Positions 1 to 11,311 of a stretch of 64,000 nucleotides of DNA are shown piece after piece. The stretch's first letter is position 1, and every line of letters starts with the position of its first letter. Under the pieces are notes generated by a model. The model saw only the letters and a program-made list of their open reading frames with translations, was not told the DNA's origin and made no database searches. The DNA is from Scenedesmus sp. PABB004 (lineage: Eukaryota). Position numbers and translations under genes: made by a program. Location: contig JABVCE010000029.1 of assembly GCA_014905635.1 (NCBI GenBank), forward strand, positions 124,001 to 188,000, given 5' to 3'.

Positions 1-848
1 GGCTTTGGCGCGGCGCCGGTCGAGGCGGGCGGCGCGTACCCGCGCATGGACGCGGTCGCGAAGGCCAACCCGGTGCTCGCGGACTGGCGCACGCTGATGC
101 AGCTGGCCATCCGGGACCTGATGCTCAACACGCGCGGCGTCACGCGGGCCCAGGTCGCCGCGTTCGTCGGCGGCCTCGCGCCCGGCGTCGCGGCGCAGCT
201 GCTCGGCGGCGCCGGCGCGACGCCCGAGGCGCAGGCGGCGCGGCTGCGCGAGCTGCTCGCCGCGCTGGCGGCGCAGGCGCAGCCGGCGCAGCCGGACAGC
301 CTCGCGGCGACGGCGGCGGCGGTCGTGGCTACGCTGGGCCACCAGCAGCAGCAGGCCAAGCAGGCGCCCGCGCTGGGGCTGCTGGTGGAGCCGTGCCAGG
401 CGCCGGTGGTGCAGGCCGGCGGGGGCCAGCAGCAGCGCGACCGGCCGGCGCCCGGCGGCCTCGACCCGGCGGCGGGCGACGCGGCGGCGGCGCTCTGCCG
501 CTTCTGCGTCAGTGTCGTACCCAGCGCGGCCGCGGTGGAGCAGTCGCTCGCGGTGCTGGCCTCAGCGGCCGCCGCCGCGGCGGCGGCAGCGGCAGGCACC
601 GCCGACGCTGGCGCGCTCTTGGAGGAGCTGCGGCGGCAGCTCGCAGAGCCGGTGCTGCCCGTGCTCGCGCCTGCCGAGCCGGACGGCGGCGCGGTGGCGC
701 TCAACGTGCCGTGCGAGGCGCTGCCCTGGCTACAGAAGCAGCACGAGCAGGCGCTCGAGCGCAAGCGGCGGCGCGAGCAGCAGGCGGCGGAGCAGGCCGG
801 CGCGGGCGAGCAGCAGGAGCCGCAGGAGTCGCAGCAGCAGGAGGGGGC

Positions 849-919
<71 letters not shown>

Positions 920-3236
920 GGCAGGATCAGCAGCAGTCGGTGGATCAGGGCAGCCGCAAGAAGCGGCGAGGCGGCGAGGCAGGCCTGCAGCAGCAGCAGC
1001 CGGAGCAGAACGCGGCAGCGGCCGCCGAGGCGGGCGGCAAGAAGCGCAAGCGCGCGGTGGCCGACCCGTCGGCTGACCATCTGGCGGAGTCGCTCCTGGG
1101 CGAGCTGTACGACGCTGACGAGGCGGCACGCGCGGCGGCGGGCGGCGCCGATGGCACCGGCGCCGACGGCGGCGAGCCGGGCTCCAGCGACGACGACGAC
1201 GATGGCGGCGACCGCGACGGCAATGACAGCAGCAGCGGCGACTTTGACGACGGGCGGCACGACAGCCAGCTGCAGCTTGGCGTGCACGGCATGGACGAGC
1301 TGTCCAGCAGCGACGACGGCAGCGACGATGACGACAAGGAGGAGGGCGGCTTTGACCCCGGCACCGACGACGACCGCGGCGGCGCCGAGCCCGCGGCCCC
1401 GGGCGCGGCATCACCGCCGGCCGCTGGTGCCACCTGCCGGGCGCGCAGCCGCTGCACGGCGAGCTCGCGGCCGCGGTCGCCGCGCTCGCGGCGGAGGGCG
1501 GCCGCGACGCCGGCGCCGCGGGCGCCGCGCCGACGGCGCTGCACGGCGAGATCCTGCGCTTCGCCGCCGCCGCCGCGCCGACGGCCGCGGAGCGCCTGGT
1601 GCTGGGCTGCGCGATGCAGCAGCTGCAGGCCGCCGCGCAGCAGCTCTGGCCCAGCGCCGAGGCCGTGCTCTTTGGCTCCCAGGTGAGACGGCGGCGCAGG
1701 CCCGGCCCAGCACACGGCGCTGGGTGCACAGCGCACAGCGTGGCTGCGCGCGCCCGCTGGCCGCACCCGCTGACCGCGCCGCCGCCGCGCCCGCAGGCGT
1801 CCGGGCTGGCGCTGCCGGCGAGCGACCTGGACGTGGTGCTGCTTGGCACGCCCTGCCCCAGCCCCGGCCGCGGCGCGGCGGAGGGCTTCTCCACCAAGCA
1901 GCGCGCCAAGATCCGCACCCTGCTGCTCGACCTGCGCAAGGCGCTGCGGCGGTGCGCCGCGCCGCGCGCTGCGCAGCCAGCGCCGCGGCTGCCCGCCCGC
2001 GGCTCGCCGGCCGACGCGCGCCGCCCCCTTACCCCGTCGCGGCCCCGCTCTCGCGCAGGGCGGGGCTGACGCTGCCCAAGGCCAAGGGCCAGCCAGACCT
2101 GACCATCATTGATGCCCGCGTGCCGCTCTGCAAGGGCCAGCTGCGCTTCCGCGTCCCCCGCGCCGCCCTGGACAACGCGCTCGCGGCCGACGCGCCCGCC
2201 GCGCCCGGCGCCGGCGCGGCGCACCGCGCCGCCAAGCGCGCGCGGCCCAGCGGCCGCGGCGGCGGCGGGGAGAGCGTGGAGGTGGTGCTGCCCGTGGACA
2301 TCAGCCTCGGCGTGTCCAACGGCGCCGCGGCCGTCAGCTTCATGATGCGCCAGGTGCGGCGCGGAGGGGGCGGCGCTGCGCGGCGGCGCGGCGGCCGGCC
2401 ACGCGCGCGCCCGCGGCGTCGCGGCTGCCGCGGCGCCCCGCGGCCGCCGACCCCGCGGCGCCCACCCACGCCGGCCCCCTGCTGCGCGCGCGCAGGTGTC
2501 GGCGCTGCCGCCGCTGCGGCCGCTCGTGCTGGTGGCCAAGGCGCTGCTTAAGGAGGCGGGGCTCAATGCCGTCTACACCGGCGGGCTGTCGAGCTACAGC
2601 CTCATCAACATGGCCATCGCGCACCTGCAGGCAGAGGGCTGGGCCGCCGCGCCGCTGCCCGCCGCGGCGGCGGCGCGCGGCCGGCCGCGCGGCGGGCGCG
2701 CCGCGCGCGACGACGGCGCCGCGCCGGCGGCCGCGCCGGACGAGCCGGTCGTGAGCCAGGCGCGCGTCGAGGCGTACCTCGCGCGCCTCGCGGCCGGCGC
2801 GGCCGCCGCGGCGGCGTCCGCAGAGGGCGGCGGCGCCGCGCCCTCGGCGCCGCCCTCGGCCGCGCGGCGGCCGCCGCCCGCGCCCGGCGCGCCCGGCGGG
2901 GGCGCCGCCGACCTGGGGTGCCTGCTGCACGGCTTCTTCCTGCGCTTTGGCTCGCGCTTCTGCTACGCGACCGAGGCGGTCTCTGTCGGCGGCGGCGGCG
3001 TCGTGCCGAAGCGCGTGGGCTGGGTGCGCCCCGGCAAGGAGCACCTGCTGGCGGTCGAGGACCCGCAGCAGCCCGGCCGCGACGTCGCGGGCGGCAGCCA
3101 CGCGGTGCGCGACGCGCGGACCGCGTTTGCGTGGGCCGCCGACAGCGTCGCGCGGCTCGTGGCCCACTACGAGGCCACGCCCGAGGGCGCGGCGGCGCGC
3201 GCTGCCGCGGCCGCGGCGCCGCCGGGCGGCGACGCC

Positions 3237-3306
<70 letters not shown>

Positions 3307-4831
3307 GGGGCGCGCGGGGCCGAGCGAGGCGGCGCAGTGGGCGGCGGTGCAGGAGGACGGCCAGTCGCGCTCGGTCGAGGCCGCCGCCGCCGCGGGCGCG
3401 GGCGCGGGCCCCGACGGCGTCGCGCTGGCGGGGCAGCTGGTGATGCTGAGCAGCCTGGTGGACGTCACGGCAGCGCTGGGGCGCGGCGGCAGCGCGGACG
3501 CGCGCCGCGCGGAGCTCGCGGCGGCCGCCGCGGCCGCGCGGAGCGCCAAGCCGCCCGCCGCGCCTGGCGACGGCGACGGCGACGCTCCCGACGGCGGCGA
3601 CGCGCCCGACGGCGGCGACGCGCCGCCCGCCGCGGCGGCGCCGGCAGACCCGCTCGTCGCGCGCGCGGCGGGCGTCGGCGAGGCGTTTGGCGCGACGCTC
3701 GCGGCCGCGGCGGCGGCCGAGTCGGCGGCCGGCGCCGGCGACCTGCCGGCCGCCGCCGCGGCGCTGCGCGAGGCGCAGGAGGCCTTTGCCGCGGCCGGCG
3801 CGGCCGCCGCGGACGCCGCAGCGGCGGTGCCCGAGGCGGGCATGCGGGTGCCGGACGGCGCCGTGATGTCGGTGCTGGAGGCCAAGCACGTGGGCGGGCA
3901 CGTGCTGACCGCGTGCGAGGCGGTGCGCGCGGCCGCGCAGCGCGCGTCCGCCGCGCCGGCGCGCGCCTATGTTGGCAAGAAGACCCGCGACGCCACGGCC
4001 GCCGCGGCCGCGGCGGCGGCGGCGCCCGCCGCGGCCGAGGCGGCGGCGGGCGCGTCCGACGCGCTCGCCGGCGCGCTCGCGCCGCTCGAGGCGCAGCTCG
4101 CGCGCCTGCTGGGCGGCCGCGGCGCGCGGCTGGCGCCGGGCTCGTCGGACAAGACCGCGGCGCGGCTGACCAAGGGCACCCGCGAGTCGGAGCTCGCGGC
4201 GGGCGTGGTGCTGGACGCGGCCGCGGCCGCCGCGCTCGCGGCGGGGCACGACGACGTGCAGGCCGTCGCGGCGGCGGCGAAGCGCAAGGCCGTGCTGGCC
4301 AAGATTGCCAAGGCCGAGGCGCGCACGGCCGCGAAGAAGGCCAGCCGGCAGCGCGCCAAGGCGGCCGCCGCGGAGGCGCTGGCCGAGGCCGCGGCCGCGC
4401 ACCTGCCCGGGCGCGGCGGCGGGCGCGGCGGCGGGCGCGGCGGCGGCGGCGGGCGCGGCTTTGCGCACCAGCGCAAGGGCGTGAAGCGCGGCGGCCCGCC
4501 CCAGGGCCTGGGCGTGGTGCGCAAGGCGCTGAAGGCTCAGGACAAGAAGAAAAAGAAGGGACAGGCGGCGCCGCCCGACGGCAAGGGCGGCAAGGCCAAG
4601 AAGGCCAAGAAGGCCGCCGCCAAGCAGGCCGCGGCGGCGGCGGGCGACGGCGCCAGCCCCAGCGGCGGCGGCGGCGGCGGCGGCGGCGGCAAGAAGAAGC
4701 GCGGGCAGGAGGGCGCGGGCGGCAGGGGCGGCAAGGGCAAGAAGGGCGCGGCGCGCGCGAGCCCGCGCGCCAAGCGCGGCGGCGGGGGCGGCGGCGGCGG
4801 CGGGCGCGGGTGGGGGCACGACGACGCCTGA
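1..4831 (+). CDS. TRF4/PAPD5 (TENT4)-like non-canonical poly(A) polymerase / terminal nucleotidyltransferase; spliced, probably 5'-partial, two apparent frameshifts
   Basis: Spliced motifs LHGEILRF..PTAAE, LFGSQ|ASGLALPASDLDVVLL (GS..DxD), IIDARVPLCK, VDIS, LRPLVLVAKALLKEAGLNAVYTGGLSSYSL, DLGCLLHGFFLRFG and LAVEDPQQPGRDVAGGS (PAP-associated domain). PolyQ/acidic N-terminus, Lys/Gly-rich C-terminus, TGA at 4829-4831. The frame is open back to base 1. Confidence 0.85.
850..918 (+). repeat. (CAG)23 coding microsatellite (polyQ)
   Basis: Uninterrupted CAG run in the N-terminal reading frame of the nucleotidyltransferase gene. Confidence 0.95.
3237..3305 (+). repeat. (GGCGCG)n hexamer repeat encoding a Gly-Ala run
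   Basis: Tandem GCGGGC units read directly from the sequence. Confidence 0.9.
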
Positions 4832-5347
4832 CCGTGTTGACGGTGTGCCCCTGAGCGCGGGCCGCGCGCGTGTATAGTCTAGCCGGGGGCGGCGAGGCCG
4901 GTTACACTTCAATGCCTCGGTGCCGCCACTCATCGACGCCAGCGGTCAGTGGCGATCTCCCCCCCCCCCCCCCACACACACACACACCTCTGCCCTGGCT
5001 TCCAGTGCCGCCAGTGCCGCCCCGTCGCGACTGTCCCATCCCGGCCGCCTCGCCAGCCGCCCGGCGACGCGCACCCCAGCCCAGCCTGGTCGTGCCGAGC
5101 CCCGCGCGTTCAGCAGCGCGCCTGGAGGTGATGCAGTGCGCTCGCCACACGGCGCATTGTCGCGCACAGCCAAGGAGGTTGTCGTTCGTCCAGCCCAGAG
5201 CTAGCGGCTGCCCAGGTTTGAGGGGTTTCTGCGAGATCGAGGCCCCACAGGTTCACACGAGCTCAGTTGGGTTTGGCAACCACAGAGGCAGTGCAACGAG
5301 AGTTCAGAAAGTGCTGGTGGCGGAGCCTGGCCAGGCCTGCCGCGCCG

Positions 5348-7159
5348 TCACCCATGCGGCGCGGCGGGCCCAGCGGCGACGCCCGCCGCCCACGGCCCCG
5401 CCCGCCACGCCAGGCTGAGCGCGCCGCCGAGCGCGGAGCCGACCTGCAGCTGCATCGCAAGCACCGACTCGACCTGGGTGCGGCGGGCGGGCGGGGCGGG
5501 ACGGGGGCGGGGCGGGGTCGGCGGCCGGCGCCCAGCCCAGCACGGGGGCAGTGTTGCGCGGGCGGTCGGCGCGCTGCCCTGGGCGCGACGGCGGCGGCGG
5601 CGAAGGAGTCTGGTGGCAGGCGCCGCGCGCACCATGTACGCGTCGTTTGGGTGCAGTCCCTCGCAGGCCATGCCAAAGATTGTCACCTCGTACCTGCGAG
5701 CACGCGTGAGACATGCAGGGGGGGCGCGCGTGAGCGCGCCCGCGCCCGCGCGCGCGCGCGCGCAGGCTGCCAGCAGCTGCGCCCGCCGCGCACCAGGTGG
5801 TGAGGGAGAGCAGGAAGGCGAGGGGGAACCACACGCCCGGCCCGGCGCGCAGCTGCAGCGCGGCCGCAAACGCGGCGTAAAACGCCGCCAGCCGGGCCAC
5901 GGCGATCGCCAGCACCGTCGCCTGCGGGCGGCGCGGCCGCCACACTGCGTGCGCGCAGTGGCGGGCACGCGCGCGTGCGTGCGGCGTCGAAGCGGGCGGG
6001 CGGGCGGGCGTCGGCATCGGCAGCGTCGGCGTCGCAGGGACGCGCGCCGCGCGCGGCCGCGCGGCCGGCCGGCTGGCGGCGCGCCCCGCGCTGCGCCGCT
6101 CACGCGGGAGCAGCTTGCCGGTCAGGTCGCCCAAGCCGTACGCCGCGACGCGCAGCAGCCCGAACCAGCTGCCCAGCGCGGGCACCTAGCGCGGCGCGGG
6201 CGGTGCCAGGTGGGCGGCGCCGCGTGCGCAGCGGCCGCCCAAGGCGCGCGCGCGCGTGGCCGCCGGTCCGGGCGGCGGCGGCGTCCGCGGCCTCGCGGCC
6301 CTTGCAGCGCGATCACCCACCGGCGGCACGAAGGAGATGTAGATTGGATACACGCCATAGTTGGCGGCGTAAGCGAGCACCATCGCGGCCACCCACGCCG
6401 CGTTGCCATGCAGCGCCACGCCGTTGGCCCGCAGCGCGCCCCGCCCGGCCACAAAGTAGCGCGGCGCCGCCGCCTGAGCGCTCACCGCCTGCGCCGCGGC
6501 GGGGCGGGGCGGGGCGGTGGCCGGGGCGGCGTCGGCGCCCGGGCGCTGCGCGCCGCGCCACGCTGCGCCGTGCTGCGCCGAGCCGTGCCGCCAAGAAACA
6601 ACCCAGCCCAGCTTCACCTGGTCCAGCAGCGCGTCCATGACCTCCGTGGCGAGGCCGCTCCGGCTCGCGGTGCGGGCCTGCCGCGACGTGAGGCTGCGGC
6701 CGCGGAGGCTCGACAGCGCGCGCGACACCGCGGCCGTGTCGCTGCGCGGCAGCGAGCGCAGCCGCTCCAGCACCGCGTCGTTGGCCCGAATGACGCCCTG
6801 GTGGGCAAAGGGGCTGGACAGCAGGTCCTTGAGCACGCGCGCCGGCACGCCGTCGCCGCCGCCAGCGCCACCGCCGCCGCCGGGCGGGCCGGCATCTTCG
6901 ACGTCCTTGCCCGACCCCGCCGCCGCCGCCGACCACTTTGCATCGGCCCCAACGATGGTGGCAGCGAGCTCCAGGTCGGGGTCCTCCGCGATGCTCGCCG
7001 GCTGGTCGCTCAGTCCCTGGCTGCTCAGCGCAAACGTGACGCCCCGGCCGCCGCCGCGCCGGAAGGGCGTCCGCTGCCGCGCCAGCGCCCTGGCCGGCTC
7101 GCCGCCGGCGCCGCACGCCGGCGGGAACGTCGCGTGCTTGGCGAGCTGCTGCGCGTTCT

Positions 7160-7190
<31 letters not shown>

Positions 7191-8881
7191 CAGGACGGCT
7201 GGCGCCGAGCTGACGGTCGCCGCCGCCGCCGCCGCGGCGGGCCGCGACGCCGCGCTGCTGCGCGAGCGGCTGCTGCCGCTGCGCCAGCGCCGCGAGATGC
7301 GCGCCGCGAGCGCCGAGCCCAGCGCGTGGGGCGGCACTGCGCGCGAGTCCACGGTGCCGTGCTCCTCCATCCAGTCGACCGCCCCGGCGGCGGCGCCGAC
7401 GCGCAGCAGGCTGGCCGGCAGGCTCGTGTGCACGCGGTGCACGAGCAGCGACGTCCCGCGCATGCTGCTGGCGACGGACAGCAGCAGCAGCGGCGCGCTG
7501 CGCGCCGCGCCGCGCCGGCCCGGGCCGCCGTGCGCCGCGCCGCTGCCAGCTTGCGCGCCGCCGCCGTGCGAGCCGCCGGCATCGTCGCCGTCCTCGCCGG
7601 GCGGCGCGCGGGGCATGAGCGTGGGCACGAGCGGCAGCACGCCGAGCTCGTCCGCGTGCGGGCTGCCGCGCGCGGCGCCGTACGCCGCCGCAGCAACCGC
7701 GGGGAGCACCACCCACAGGTACACCGCCAGGCCCAGCAGCAGCACCGCGGCGGCGGCGGCAAAGTAGGCGCAGAGCGAGATGCGCAGCCCCGCGGTCGTG
7801 GGCGGCAGCGCGGCCTTGAACGTGATCCGCAGCACCGCCAGCATCGGCATCACGCCCGCGGTGCCCGCGACCAGCCCCTGCGCGCGCGCACGTGTGCACG
7901 TGAGCCGCCGGCGGCGGCGGCGCTGCCGGCGGACGTCTTGGGCGCTGGCACGCGGCAGGGCGGCGGCCCGCCCAGTGAGCTCACGTGCGCGCAGGACGGG
8001 CCCAGCAGCGCGGCCTCGCCAAACACGGCGCCCAGCGAGATGCCGTCCAGCAGCCCGGTGAGCGTCACGACCGCCAGCAGCACGCCCAGGGCCGCCGGCG
8101 GCGGGGCGTCCGTCTCGCCCACCAGCACGCGGTCCCACTGCGGGGCGCGGCGGGCCCGGGGGCGCGCGCTCTTGTGTATGGCGGCGGCGGCGGCGCGGGC
8201 TCGGGCGCGCGTGCTGCACCGCGTTCCCCGCCCGGCGGCGCTGCCGGCCCGGCGGCGCTGCCAGCCCGGCCAGCGGCGCTGCCAGCGGGGCGCGTCACTG
8301 ACGATGATGACGAACACCATCAGGCAGGCCACGCCGACGTGGCGCAGCTCGATGCGCGCCGCGCGGCTGAGCGGCAGCCGCGCGTCGCCCAGGTGGCAGA
8401 CGAGCTGCATGGCCACGAACGCCGCCAGGTGGCACACCGTCACCTTGGGCGCGACCTGCTGGCCCTGCGCGGCGGCGCGGCGGCGCGGCGCGGCGGCCGA
8501 GCGCTGAGCGCTGAGCGCTGAGCGACGGCGCGCCGAGCGCTGCGGCGGCGGCGGCAGCTCGCCGCACCGGAAAGGCGGTGTTGTAAAAGTCAATGGTGAG
8601 CGTGAAGCTGCTGAACGGCGTGAACAGCGACACGCCTGCGGGAGAGCAGCGGCGGCGGCGGCGGCGGGTGACAAAGCTTTCCGTGCAGCTGCGCCGGCCG
8701 GCTGGAACGTTTCTGGGCCTTTACAGCACGTCCAGGACCGCTGCGCGGGTCATGCTGGGCCGCGCAGCGCCGGCACGACACGCCCGCGCTCTGGTGGCTC
8801 GGACAGCAGCGCGCCGGGCCGCCCCCAGGGCGCGCCAAGCTCACCGAGGGCAAACGCGGACAGCCACAGCGCGCTCGCCAT
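5348..8881 (-). CDS. Equilibrative nucleoside transporter (ENT/SLC29 family) with a very long low-complexity central loop; spliced
   Basis: Exons join as MASALWLSAFALG|VSLFTPFSSFTLTIDFYNTAFP ... LTGLLDGISLGAVFGEAALLG ... GLVAGTAGV..LRITFKAALPPTTAGLRISLCAYF ... ANYGVYP ... AYGLGDLTGKLLP ... VARLAAFY ... LQVGSALGGALSLAW, matching the ENT transmembrane pattern. Confidence 0.8.
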
Positions 8882-9798
8882 CGCGCCCGCGACCGCGCGG
8901 CCCGCCACCGGCGCGCAGGCGGCAGCGGCAGCGGCGGCGTTCGCCTGATCGAGGGAGGCTGCCCGCCGACGATCGAGGGATGCGGTGAAGAGGAAACCCC
9001 GTCCCGTGACGCACGGGAGTGCGCTGGGGGACGCCCGCCGCCAGGCGGCACCGCGCGGCGGCGGCGACAGCACGCGCGACGCTCGGCTGACCCCCAGCCG
9101 CCGCGGCCGTCGGTTTCGATTGGGCTGCGGCGCTCGATGGTGTTGCACGCGGGACGATCGAGCCAGTGCAAGCACACACCACGCAAGCCTAGGGGGTTGA
9201 ATGAATGCATCAGGCGGCCCGCTTGGTCAAAAATGGGGTGACACACACCTAGCGAGAGAAGAACCACGAACACGCGCGGCGCGGGCAAAACCGCCCAGCC
9301 CTTTTGCAGGCGGGCGACGTCGACGTCGACGCAGACAGATGCGGACGGCAGGCGCGCGCGCACCATGCCGGGGGGAGAGGCCCCCGCGCGCCCCGGTGTG
9401 CGCTGAACAGGGTGGCGGCCGCCCTCCTGCGAGGCCAGTGCAGCTACAGCGAACATGCGTCGACGCACACGCACAGGCAGAGCATACAAGCACGGGTCGG
9501 CCCCACCACCAAAAAAGGGGTTTGAACAGCGCGGGCGGCGCGGCCAGGCACGGACGGCGACGCGCGGCGCGGCGTGGCATTGGCGCCGCGCCGCGCGCGC
9601 CCCCGGCGTTGTGGGCTAGCAGTACAAGCGCGCCCGGCGCCGCCATTGGAGCGCGCGCTCCGCATGCGGCGGCGCCGGCGAGCGGCCGCGGCGGCCTCCG
9701 TCACCGATCCCCGTCCGCCCCGCCTCCCCGTCCCACGCCGTCCCACCACCGCGAACGCGCGCGGCAGCGCGGGCGCGGCGCGCCGGCGCGGGCGCGGC

Positions 9799-11093
9799 TC
9801 AGTGCACGCCCAGCGCGGCGGCCTCGGCAAACGCGGTGCCGGCGGCGTTGCCGTCGGCCGCACGGTAGTGGTACGGCTGGCGGGCGGCGGCGTACTGCGG
9901 GATGTAGGGCCGCGCCTTGGCGGGCGTGGTGTCGGGCACCTCGTTCAGGTGGGACGACTCGAAGCCGCGCCACCTGGCGGCGGTAGCAGAGGCGCGGCGG
10001 CAGCGGCGGCGAGGCGGCGCGCGTCGGCTGCGAGGCAGGCGGCGGCCGCAGGCGCGCGCGCGCGCGCGCGTTGATGCGCCGACGCGCGCGCAGCCCGCTG
10101 CTGCGGCCCCGCGGTCGCCTCACCACTGCACCTCCTTCTCCTTGCGCGCCGCGGGCGCCTTGTAGGCGTCCAGGCTGGTGCGCGGCGTGCCGCCGCCGCT
10201 GCCGGCGTGCGACAGCGGCGTCTGCGCGCGGGCGCGGCGGGCGCGCGCGGTGAGGGCGGCGGCGGTGAGGGCGCGGGCGGCGCGCGCTCGGGGCGGCGCG
10301 CGCCGCCGCGGCAGCGCGCCGCGGCGCGCCGGCCGGCCGGCCGGCGGGCGGGCGGGCTCACCCCCGGCGAGGCGGGGCGCAGCAGGTCGTAGCGCTCGCC
10401 GCGCGTGACGGGCACCGACTGCAGGCGCTGCAGCCCCCGCGCGCCCCCGAGGGCGCCGACGGGCGCGGCCTCCTTGAACGAGCCCGTGGGCGTGAGCGCC
10501 GGCGCCGCCGCGCCGGCGGGCAGCGAGGCGCGGCGCAGCGAGGGCGGCATGGACAGCAGCCGGCTGAGCGGCGCCGACGTGCGCTCGAGGTTCGGCGCAC
10601 CCTCGCGCTGCGCCCTGCGCGGCGTCGGGCCGGGCGGCGGGCGGGAGAGATGGACAGCGTTGGTGGGCAGGGTGGCCGGCTCTGGCGGCGGCGGTGCCGG
10701 CCGGTGCCCGCGCGGCGCGCGCGCGCCGGCTGCGCTGACTGGCCGCACCGCTTCAGGCGCTCGCGGGTGGCAAAGTAGCCGAGATCGCCGGCGCCGTCGT
10801 CCTCGCTGTAGTCCTGGAAGTCTGCGGTGCGGGGGGCGCGATAAGGAGGGCAGCGGGCGTGGCCGGTGAGCGGCGTGCCGACTGCAGCATCCCCCCCGCC
10901 CCCGGCGCGGCGCGGGGTCCGATTGCTCGCAGCGCGCGCCCTGGGTCTGGTCACGCTGCCCAACGATCGGTGCGTGCGCGGCCGCGGCCCCGGACCCCGC
11001 GTGCGGGCGGGGCGGGCCCCGGCATCGCGCCAGCACACCTTTCGGCGCCACGCCGGGCGTCCGCTCGTCCCAGCCGGGCAGCAGGGACCCCAT
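9799..11093 (-). CDS. Small spliced hypothetical protein
   Basis: About five exons with good splice sites: MGSLLPGWDERTPGVAPK | DFQDYSEDDGAGDLGYFATRERLKR | ...SMPPSLRRASLP... | ...KEKEVQW | WRGFESSHLNEVP...LGVH*. The MGSLxxGW and WW..S..LNExP motifs resemble, from memory, an uncharacterised green-plant family. Confidence 0.65.
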
Positions 11094-11311
11094 GGCGGTG
11101 CGAGGAGTGGTGAGAGACGGCGAGCGGGGGCGCCCGGGCACGGGCGAGCGCGGTCTCGGGTTGCGGAGCGGGCGTTCGACAGGTGCGGCGCGGCGTGGCT
11201 GGGGCGCTGCGCGGGGAGTCGTCGTGGGCACCACACTGGAGCGGGGCGGTCCGCGGGCGGGCCTTGGCGCGGCGCGACGGCTGCGGTTCCGCGCGCGCTC
11301 CACCGCGCCGC

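Noticed and set aside
1390..1410. Programmed ribosomal frameshifting in the TRF4-like gene
   Set aside because: No canonical X XXY YYZ slippery site with A/U. Similar single-base gaps at G/C runs elsewhere point to assembly error.
5478..8507. 1009-aa plus-strand ORF, and similar giant Arg/Ala/Pro-rich ORFs (9945-12749, 12758-15394, 27101-30136)
   Set aside because: Shadow frames caused by stop-codon scarcity at extreme GC. They overlap real spliced genes and show no coherent domain of their own.
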